Translations under genes and position numbers: made by a program
In this document: positions 26,519-36,590 of the stretch, piece after piece
Position numbering within the stretch: position 1 is the first letter of the stretch
Layout of the letters: each line of letters opens with the position of its first letter
The notes under the pieces: model-generated
What the model saw: the letters and a program-made list of their open reading frames with translations, nothing else
What the model was told of the DNA's origin: nothing
Databases searched by the model: none
NCBI RefSeq assembly: GCF_963853765.1
Contig: NC_088861.1
Span: 14,260,001 to 14,324,000 of the forward strand
Length of the DNA stretch: 64,000 bases
Direction: 5' to 3'
From: Magallana gigas
Taxonomy: Eukaryota

Positions 26519-29190
26519 TAAACTTTGTCCGTTTCTGAATCTTTAATTACACAATTTTTACAAATCGTATATTGGATTTGAATCTATAAAAAACATTAAA
26601 TATTTTAAAAATTCACAACAGCGATTGTACGAATAACTGCATTTCCCAACTATATTCATTGCAATTTTTTTTGAGTGACACATACTAACCTATGCAGTAT
26701 GGAATTTAATTATTTAATTCTTTTCAAAAGCATAAATAAAATCATGAAATAATCACACTTTTGACAAAATGTATAGTGGAGGTGTTGGCGCATTCGATAG
26801 CGTAGAATGATTTAAATACGGTGACCCCAGATGTGTCCATATCGATATATATCGCGGTAACATGATTGAAACCTTAAACAAGCTACTTTACTCTACTTGT
26901 GCATTCTCTCCATCCGTACACAAGGTGGTGTATTCGTTTGGTCGGATAGAGAGCTCCAAGAGTAATCCTAATTTGCATGTTTGCGGTTCGGATATATCCG
27001 GTAGATCTCTATCGCCTACTTTGCAGCTAGCATGTAGATTATGGAAATATCCTGGATCAGTTCTGAAGGTAGGATACAAATACACACCTTAGGAGGTAAT
27101 ATGGGTTCCTTACACAAAAGAAGAGATGAATATGTGAATGTAAAGCATTAGCGCCGTAATTTGACAGTTCTGTTTGTTTGCTACCAAGGGGATTGAAGAT
27201 GCTAAGGATTGTACAGTTTATGTCAGGAGGTGTTGAGTCACGTTATTTCCGCCGTCACGTTATGTCCGCCGTCACATATGTCCGCCACTTTTTTTTTTTT
27301 TAAATCGTCACGTTATGTCCGCCATCACGAAATGTCCGCCACTCGTTTGAAAAAATCGTCACGTTATATCCGCCATCACGAAATGTCCGCCACTTTTTTT
27401 TTAACATCGTCACATTATGTCCGCCACCTTATAAATTTCATTATTTTTACTTTTAATCGCCATTTAAAGCTCGATGTTACTAAATATTTGTCTATCTTAA
27501 ACAAAATGACTCATTATGTCTATTCCAAAATTGAAATGATTATTATATACGAAATACAATCATTACGACTTAATAGTGGACATGTAGAGTTAGATATCTA
27601 TTTGAAGAAAATAATCTGACCTAGAGATTGATATCATCATAAAAATAAAAAACAATTCATAAGAATATCATGAGTTGTCGTTATTTCAAACTGTACGCGT
27701 AACACAAATTTAAGCATATATTAAGATTTTTTTCTGTACGCGTAGTTTTATGATTATGCATTGGTTTGTAATGGTAAGTTAACTCAATAGAATGACCATT
27801 GTATGAATGGACTCATTTATTCCAAAAATTTAAATGATGAAAAACAAATATTTTTGCTGCTATTTTTGGAATTACAGACCCTGAAACGTACTACTACACG
27901 TAAACTTTGTCCGTTTCTGAATCTTTAATTTTACAATTTTACAAATCGTATATTGGATTTGAATCTATAAAAAACATTAAATATTTTAAAAATTCACAAC
28001 AGCGATTGTACGAATAACTGCATTTCCCAACTATATTCATTGCAATTTTTTTTTAGTGACACATATTAACCTATGCATATGGAATTTAATTCTTTAATTC
28101 TTTTCAAAAGCATAAATAAAATCATTAAATAATCACACTTTTGACAAAATGTATAGTGGAGGTGTTGGCGCTTTCGATAGCGTTGAATGATTTAAATACG
28201 GTGGCCCCGGATGTGTCCATATCGATATATATCGCGGTAACATGATTGTAACCTTAAACAACCTACTTTACTCTACTTGTGCATTCTCTCCATCCATGCA
28301 AGATGTGTATTCATTTGGTCAGATAGAGAGCTCCAAGAGTAATCCTAATTTGAATGTTTGCGGTTTGGATATATCTGGTAGATCTCTATCTCCTACTTTG
28401 CAGCTAGCATGTAGATTATGGAAATATCCTGGATCAGTTCTGAAGGTAGGATACAAATACACACCTTAGGAGGTAATATGGGTACCTTACACAAAAGAAG
28501 AGATAAGTATGTGAATGTAAAGCATTAGCGCCGTAATTTGACAGTTATGTTTGTATGCTACCAAGGGGATTGAAGATGCTAAGGATTGTACAGTTTATGT
28601 CAGGAGGTGTTGAGTCACGTTATGTCCGCCGTCACGTTTTGTCCGCCGTCTCGATATGTCCGCCACTTTTTTTGAAAAAAATCGTCACGTTATGTCCGTC
28701 ACTTTTTTTTAACATCGTCACATTATGTCCGCCACCTTATAAATTTCATTATTTTTACTTTTAATCGCCATTTAAAGCTCGATGTTACTAAATATTTGTC
28801 TATCTTAAACAAAATGACTCATTATGTCCATTCCAAAATTGAAATGATTATTATGTACGAAATACAATCATTACGACTGAATAGGGGACATGTAGAGTTA
28901 GATATATACTTTAAGAAAATAATCTGACCTAGAGATTGATATCATCATAAAAATATAAAAAAATTCCTCAGAATATCACGAGTTGTTGTTATTTCATACC
29001 GTACGCGTAACACAAATTTAAGCATATATTAAGAATTTTTTTCTGTACGCGTAGTTTTATGATTATGCATTGGTTTGTAATGGTAGGTTAACTCAATAGA
29101 ATGACCATTGTATGAATGCACTCATCAATTCCAAAAATTTCAATGATGTAAAACAAATATTTTGCTGCTATTTTTGTAATTAGTAGTTTT
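26519..29190. repeat. Local ~1.3-1.4 kb tandem duplication downstream of B1, each copy containing a 17-bp motif array
   Basis: 26519-~27870 repeats at 27901-~29190. gtcacgttatgtccgcc arrays lie at 27239-27425 and 28614-28735. Confidence 0.9.
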
Positions 29191-29429
29191 TAATCGACCT
29201 TGCACATCCTTTTACATAGCTGTCATATGCACACGAGTGTTATTTTAAAAACACTCATATAGGTTTTGGATTAATGAGATTTTAAAGCGGAATTCAAGTA
29301 CAAGTATTTGGATTCAAGTATTTATATTGACAAGTGGAACTAGAAACGTTTTATATAATATACTTACAGTATAGGCCTTATTAGGCGCCTTTTAATTTTA
29401 AAAAAATCTATCCCATACTGCCCCGCGCT

Positions 29430-29441
29430 TGCGCATGCGCA
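29430..29441. promoter_or_regulatory. NRF1-consensus palindrome TGCGCATGCGCA in the left subterminal region
   Basis: Matches YGCGCAYGCGCR, 132 bp upstream of the transposase ATG. Mirrored at 35341-35352. Confidence 0.45.
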
Positions 29442-29572
29442 GTTTAACGTAGGGCAAGGTTGAATGAATCTAAACAATAACAGTTACCTGTAGAACCGCC
29501 ATATTGCGAGGTGACGCAAATGACACTTTGTTTTGAATGTGTGAATGGTTTTTATGTTGATTTCTCTACGCA

Positions 29573-31520
29573 ATGCCGGCCCATTGCTGTGCATATGGTT
29601 GTAAAAGCAGACAAACAGCAGGTGAAAACATCAAGTTTTTCCGCATACCTAAGGATGAACACCTGAGGGCTAAGTGGATATCGGCCATTAAACGTGATGA
29701 TTGGGAGCCTAGCGATCATACCAGGATTTGCTCTAAACATTTTATTAATGGTGAGTAAGTGTTTCACGTAAACATGATACTATTATGTGAATAATGATGT
29801 GTAGCTTTTATACAGATGTAGTATAGTGAGCAGTAATAAATAGTTCATGCTTTCAACAGGTAATCGGTATCACTGGTCAGTATGCTATAAAATCAAAATG
29901 GCGGCTAGTTAATTAAGTTATTTATTTATTTAAGACGTCCTGCAGAAGTTTTATTTATATATGCATAAATTTATAATACCTTTAATAAATATGTAAATAC
30001 TACTGGCGTCCGACCAGTTCTCGCCGAGTACCATTTCTCGCCAGTGCATGGTTTCATTTTTCGGACGTAGCATATATAGTGTTTGAATGTGTCCACAACA
30101 TCAAGGCATGCAAGATGCACTTAATATTATTTTAGATTGGTTTTTAATACATTATTTTTTTTATAGGACAGCCTTGCAGAGATCCAACAAATCCTGATTA
30201 TGTGCCATCTGTATTCTGCCATCGGCCCATCAAAGAAGGTGTACTCCAGGAAAAAGTTCAGCGCCATAAACGCCTTGTTGAAAGAAAGGAAAACATCGCC
30301 AGGAGCGAGTCAGCAAAGGCCCTTCTTACTCTCAGTATGGACAAACCAGAAAAGTGTGCCGGGACTGCGACACAGACACCTGTCGTTCATCATTGTGATT
30401 CGGAAGTGCAAAGTGATATCACGCTCCCTGTGATGACTAGTCTCATCGTCACCAACCAGGTCTTGAAAAACATCTGTGATTCCAATGCAGTGACCATCAA
30501 AGAACAGCAGCTTGGTCAACAAAGAGCCCATGAAGTTTGTCGCAAGCAAGAAGATGAGTTGAAATCATTGGAATCCAGACTTCAAAAGAAGGAGGAAGAA
30601 AACACACAGCTATTGGAAGAGCTCAAGAAAAAGACACTTAGTTTTAAGACTATTGAGGGGATGATAAGAAAACTAAATTCTACACAGGATTTCCAAATTT
30701 CAAAACTTTCCATGCAGTGTTCCTAGAAACATCTTCAAAAGTGAAAAGAAAGAAAACAAAGCTGTCGAAAGAGGATGAATTATTGCTGACTCTCGTGAAA
30801 TTAAGACGAAATCTTGCTATGACAGACCTTGCCTATCGATTCAACATTAGTCAATCCTCAGTTACCAGTATATTCCATGCGTGGCTGGATGCTCTATATG
30901 CTACTTTAGGAGGACTTGTGCATTGGCCAGAGACTGATGTGTGTCAATTACCGGAAGTGTTCCAGAATGAAGTTTTCCGAAAAGTGAAACGCGTCATTAC
31001 CTGTACCGAGATTTTCATTGAGAGGCCATCCAATCTGAAGGCGAGAGCACAAACCTACTCAAACTACAAGCGCCATAACACCATCAAGATTCTTGTCGGA
31101 GCGAGTCCTTCAGGATGTATAACTTTCCTGTCTTCATGTTGGGGAGATCGTGTCAGTGATAGACAGATTACTACTGAATCAGGAATTCTTGACAAACTCC
31201 TTCCAGGAGATGTGGTACTTGCTGACCGGGGGTTCAACATGACAGAAGACTTTGCCCTAAAAGGAGCTCAGCTGATTGTTCCAGCCTACACAAAGGGGAA
31301 AAGTCAGTTACCAAAAGAAGATGTTGAGAAATCTCGAATGATGTCTCGTGCTCGGATTCACATCGAACGAGTTATTGGGAGACTGAAGGACTTTGAGATT
31401 ATCAAGGGCCCATTACCCATAAACTTTGTGAAGAGAAAATCAGACGGTCAAGTGACTTGTGGGGACAAGATAGTGCGAGTTGTTGCAGCAATTGTGAATA
31501 CTAACGATGCCATTTTGTGA
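29573..31520 (+). CDS. THAP + coiled-coil + HTH + DDE_Tnp_4-type transposase (~510 aa if one frameshift is repaired)
   Basis: Exon 1 29573-29750 encodes a THAP domain (CCAYGC...W...ICSKHF). Exon 2 30167-31520 continues YVPSVF. A 1-nt deficit lies in GGGG at 30657-30660; restoring it gives EGDDKKTKFYTGFPNF. Downstream motifs are LLLTLVKLRRN, DLAYRFNISQSSV, TYSNYKRHNTIK, LADRGF and RIHIERVIGRLK. Confidence 0.88.
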
Positions 31521-31823
31521 GATCTGAGTGAAACTGGTTCTGATCAATGAACATGCTATTGCTTGTGTCACTGTGAACAAGTACAATTGTTTCAATTAAT
31601 TAAATATAGACTAATCATTAAATTTTTGATGGTTTCCCTGTTATCAAGTAATGTCTAGTTGATTGATGTTTTTCCATTGTTTTCATGTTGCTTGTCATTA
31701 AATATTGAATCCACTGATTGAAAATAATCAGTAAATCATTGATTGATTCCCTGAATTATGATTTTGTTTTTATGTATATGAACATCAATATCATAATTTT
31801 CAATATTGTTTGCTTTGAATATC

Positions 31824-31866
31824 AATAAATAAAACCATCACAACAATATGTCAGAAATATTTTATT
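31824..31866. terminator. Back-to-back polyadenylation signals for the two convergent transposon genes
   Basis: AATAAA on + at 31824-31829 and TTTATT (AATAAA on -) at ~31861-31866, between the two stop codons. Confidence 0.45.
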
Positions 31867-32183
31867 AAACATGAAAAAGATGAAATGATAAGGCATTAAA
31901 AATGAGTGAAAACAGACTACAACAGATATAATGGACATCCGAACACATGTAATAAAAAATACTAGTGCTCCGTATTGAGGGGCCAGCTTTCAAAAACATT
32001 AAACACAAACTGAAATCTAGGTAGTTCATAATCAAAGATCACAATAGATTTACAGTCATTGTCCATTTCTTCACAGCATATATAAATCTTTATGAAAAAA
32101 TGCAATCCACACAAGGCATACTTATGCACAGTTCTTGATCATATTTGCAGTCATACACATCATCAGAGTTAATAATTGTTTAG

Positions 32184-35100
32184 TCACTGTTTGCTTTTCT
32201 TGGCGGGGGGCATTCTTCTGCAAGGTAGGCAAGTCCACGAACCCTTGGGGGCGGCTTTAAGTCCCACACATTTGAAATGATACCAGCCAACTTTACAATG
32301 TCCAGATTCACATTCTATCATGTTGTCGAAGCTCTCAGGTTTTCCACATATACACTCGGTGTCCTGAACATTGTTGTTGGCATCAAGAAGTCTTTGAGTA
32401 AGAATTTCTGGAAGCATTGCTTTCAGGAAGAAGCTGTTCAAAAATGGCAGCACTTTCTCATTGAAGAAATGTGGATCACGATGAATGCGTTCAACATGTA
32501 GTCCACGAGTGGTCCAACACACAAAATCACAGTAATCCACATCACACACTGCCATTTGTCCCTGTACTTGGTAAAAGTGTCTTGAAGCACTTGGTAGCAT
32601 GTTGGTACAAGGCTGTCCTCTCTCAGTTTGGGCATGAGGTCTCAGATAAAAATTCGGGGTGTTCACTTCACATGGATTAGTGTCCCTGATTTTAAATGGA
32701 CACTTGATCTCCATCAGTCCTTTACCGCAACACATACAGTCAGTCACTGCATCTGGGCTGGCTCCAAGAGTAGGGTAATGTGGGTTGAGCATCAGACCAC
32801 TCCGTCTCGCTGAAAATGATGGATGGTGTATCTTCATCATCTCGGAGTACTCTTTCAGGGCTACTTCCTCTTTCGTCTTCCCCACTTGATTGCTGGTGTC
32901 TCGATGTTTGGAACATAGTGCATTATTCCTTTGATGAGGGAAACACTTGGTCTCTGCACATTTGTGTGGCAAATGTCATAGAACCTTGAAGCTGTAAGTC
33001 TGCCTTCTCGGAACTTGAACCACTGAGTACACAAACTTTGCTCTCTGGTCAGCTTCTCAACGTTGTGTGATTCCTCATGGCTGACAGCGATTGTTCCGAG
33101 AATCTCCTCACACTTTGTTCGAAGTTCGGTCTCTGAAAGCCTGGCATTTAACGGATCAAAGAAGGAGGAAAACACTGTCGGTAGTGCGGGTTTAGCTAGA
33201 GTTGGATTAGGCCGAGGATTTGTAACAGTGAAGATGACTGCGGATGGGTTGCAATTCCTCAGTTTCTGCAGAAAAGATTCGGTGTTGTCAAACACTGGGT
33301 CTGCTTGTTGTGGAGCTGCATTGGAAGGTTGGTGAAAGTTGTCCTGTTTTGGTTTTTCAAAGTTGATTAGCGATAACTGGACTGCCTCTACCTGGAATCA
33401 AAATACAATAAAATAAAATTTCATAAAAATCAATTACATGTGTATTGTGTATCATCAAGCTAAACCATTAATTTAAAATTAATTTTTTTTTTCTTTTTGT
33501 AAAATTTAATTTTGAAACAAAATGCTAGTATCTCTTCTAGCTGTTGCGTCTTCTTTTTTTTATTTGTTCAGAGTGAAGCTTTGCCTTAACTAATATTCTC
33601 TCTGACATTATTAGCCTTTTTTTTAACTGCATCAGAATGTACTAGTATACTATTTTAACATATGCATGTATACACATTTGAAGAACTTCACAATCAAGAT
33701 TTTAGAAAAACTGATATAAATTAACAAAATAATCATAATTCTACAGAAAGTTAATACAAATATAAATGAATTCCAGTTTAAATTTACCTTCTTTGTAAAG
33801 TTCTGGTTCCATAAGCAAGGCATTGAAGTACAAGCTACCTTGTTGTAACCCAGTCGAACGCTTGCCTCGATCTTGAAGAGGATGGCAGCAACATGGGAAC
33901 ATACCTCACCCAATCTGAAATTAAAAGATGAATTATTAATGTAACATTTACTTGGCAATAGGATGGCATAAAAAGTACATCAGTAGTCTACGAACACCAG
34001 CAACAACTTTTGCATAAACTTTTGTACATACAGCAAAACTCGTTTATAACGAATTTCAAGGGACCATAGAAAAAACTTCGTTATAGCCGTAATTCGCTAT
34101 ACGTTAATAACGAATTGGTAAAAAATATTATAGCGAATTCGTTATAAAATGATTAAGGGTTTTACCGGCTAACAGTTTTCTAAACTATTGTAAGTTATAA
34201 AATTAGTATTAATGTCATTTACAAAAAATATCAATATAACCATTTCATTTCAATTTTAAAAAAAAATTCCGTATACTCTTTGAATTTGAGTATTTTATAT
34301 ATGCATATTAAAATTGTATGTTTCTTCAATGAATTTTGAAATAGAAAAAATTCGTTATGATAAAAAACGTTAAAATTTTGCCAGCAGGGGTTTTAAAATT
34401 ACTTCGTTATAGCCGTAAATTCGTTATAGCCGTGTTCGTTATATACATCAATTTTCTATAGGTTTATTTTAGAAATTTGCCGGGACATGAATAATAATTC
34501 GTTATAGCCGTAAATTCGCTATATCCGTGTTCGTTATATTCGAGTTTTGCTGTATATCTTAATTTACAGTAGTCGTTACAAACTTAGTTATGAAAAAGTT
34601 CTTCCAAAATGTATTGCCCATCACAAGAAAATCTGCATAAGAATATTTTACAGAATCTCAGTACTCAACATGTATGGTAACAAACATAAAATAGTTTTTT
34701 TTCCTTCTCATTCAACAGCTGTTTACTGACCTGTTGATAATCCGATTTAACCTTGTATATCACATTGTATCAACTACTTATTTGTATGCCCTGTTACATA
34801 TTAAGATTTAGGCATACGCATTAAAAGATATAGATGCTTACCCAGCCATGCATGTGCAGTGTGCGTTTAGAATGGTGCAGTCTGTGTCCACGTACACCCA
34901 TGCTTCGTGAGGTTTCTCGTACAGGGCTTGCGATCTGTTGACCTTGGCCTTCAAAAAGCACTTGTCACTTCCCAAAGTTGAACTCAACACGGTCTGAACC
35001 CACCCACTGTGAAAAAAGTTGTAGGCCTCCAAAGAACGGTAAGCTTTCGATGTCTCTCGGGTAAATTGTCCTGGAGTGTCTACATGGTAACAGTAAATTT

Positions 35101-35257
35101 CCCCAAACTGAACGTCCGGCCATTTTGTTACATTGTCCTCCCAAGTTTCACCGTCTATGAACGGATCAAAACACAGATCCTTGATCCCAAACCTCAATAA
35201 TTTCTCCTTGTACTCCCGCTGAGGGGCCTCCGGCAACGACTTGTAATACAAGCTCAT
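32184..35257 (-). CDS. SWIM zinc finger + YqaJ/lambda-exonuclease + PHD finger protein (~583 aa if one frameshift is repaired)
   Basis: Exons (minus) 35257-34842, 33914-33788 and 33391-32184, all GT-AG and phase-compatible. SWIM CTCMAG|LGEVCSH spans intron 1. YqaJ motifs are TREQ..W...R..RLTAS, LGASPD, EIKCP and YQVQGQM. C-terminal C4HC3 PHD is CICGKP...MIECESGHCKVGWYHFKCVGL...WTCLPC. A 1-nt deficit lies in the C4 run at 32880-32883. Confidence 0.9.
34031..34552. mobile_element. 522-bp Tc1/mariner-type MITE nested in intron 1 of the YqaJ-PHD gene
   Basis: TIR cagcaaaactcg...ataacgaa / ttcgttatattcgagttttgctg with TA TSD and repeated ttcgttatagccg motifs. Confidence 0.85.
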
Positions 35258-35340
35258 TGTAACGGCTAAATCCGATTAATTTCACGCTGCGATTCACTTG
35301 ACTTCATCCGATAATGGCTGTGGGTCTGCCCTACGCGCAT

Positions 35341-35352
35341 CGCGCATGCGCG
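35341..35352. promoter_or_regulatory. NRF1-consensus palindrome CGCGCATGCGCG in the right subterminal region
   Basis: Matches YGCGCAYGCGCR, ~85 bp upstream of the YqaJ gene ATG (minus strand). Confidence 0.45.
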
Positions 35353-35439
35353 GGGTCAAGGGTCAAATTTTAAAAACAAAAGGCGGCTAATAAGGCCTAT
35401 ACGCAATTGATATCAAAACCTTTGATATAAAAAAAAATA

Positions 35440-35468
35440 ACTATATGACATCCCGCGCAAGCGCGGGA
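35440..35468 (-). repeat. GC-rich hairpin resembling a Helitron 3' terminus
   Basis: cccgcgc-aa-gcgcggg hairpin, followed on the minus strand ~10 nt later by ATAG|T (CTRR-like). The other end was not identified. Confidence 0.3.
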
Positions 35469-36590
35469 AATAACGTTTTACAAGTTAATGGGCTTTGTTT
35501 GGTTTTTTGTACACATTTGTGTCCGATTTTTTTCTTAATAAGTTTTTTTAACCCTTTTTTTAAAAAAAAAGAATACTACAAAACTTAATTTTAGTCAACA
35601 GAAGTATTTTAGCTCATTGTAATGTTCGAGGCTACGCATACAGATGTTCATCTGCAAATCAGACCACCCCTACATACTTACAAGACTTCGCGTACAGTAA
35701 GCAATATCGAGGCATGATCAAAAAAAGCAAATATAAAAAAACCTTCAAATTCGAAGAATGCATTGCTTCCTTTATATATATGTAGGTTTTTTGTGTGAAA
35801 TATATCGTATTTGGCAAATATTTTCAAAACAAGAAACAACATGTTTTGTGAAAGAAATGAGAAACACTTCTCTTGAAATTTTGATTCGAACTTATTAAAT
35901 GTTTGCACTGATTTGATCCAATAAAATATAAAAATGTTTTCCGAAGAGAAATTTTAAAATTTTAAGATTGAAATGAAGAGCATAAAGTTTAACTTATTCT
36001 AGTTAACTACCGTATAAAATTGCGATACTGTCCCTCCAGATATTAGTTATTAATGTATTTTCCATCTACAATGTACATTGTACGATCAAAATAATGTTCG
36101 CAGCGCTACTTGTTCTCTCGCTTCGACAAACATCACTACCCAAAACTGTACACTTACGTTCCTACACTGTGACATGTGCATGTATATCACAAACATGCTT
36201 ATGTATTATAGACAAGAAATAAAATTTAAATTTAAAAATACGAAAAAATATGAAGGGGGGTTCATTTGCGAACATCCCCCTTCAGTGTGCCTTTGAAAAT
36301 ACAACTTCAAATATCTGCTCTCAAAAACGATTTCATATGAAAAAAAAAAACAGAGTTTATCATAAATTGTTAGTGAAAACAAATACTCACAATATTCACG
36401 AAAAGTTAAATCACTAAAACGTCACAAAAATAAAAAAAATCTGTTAATTAGATTCTAAAACAAGGGAAACAAGAATTTCCTTTTATAAAGGAAATACTAA
36501 TAGCGGTAAAATCATTCATGCGTCGTTTTTTATTTACGGACAATAGAGAGCGTATCAGTTTGACAACACATTCCAAGACAAATTTTAGAT

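Larger units (their letters stand above)
29373..35398 (+). mobile_element. Full-length ISL2EU (PHIS / Harbinger-group) DNA transposon, ~6.0 kb
   Basis: 21-bp TIR aggccttattag(g/c)cgcctttt with patchy extension to ~75 bp. AT flanks both ends; the TATA context gives a +/-1 bp boundary ambiguity. It carries two convergent genes, THAP-DDE transposase and YqaJ exonuclease, the pairing that defines ISL2EU. Confidence 0.88.

Noticed and set aside
27209-27619. 136-aa ORF (and 28555-28764)
   Set aside because: The ORF results from the 17-bp repeat array lacking stops; it has no recognisable domain.
30640-30726. Programmed -1 ribosomal frameshifting at the two G4 sites
   Set aside because: No X XXY YYZ slippery heptamer in the correct frame at either site; a simple 1-nt deletion is more parsimonious.
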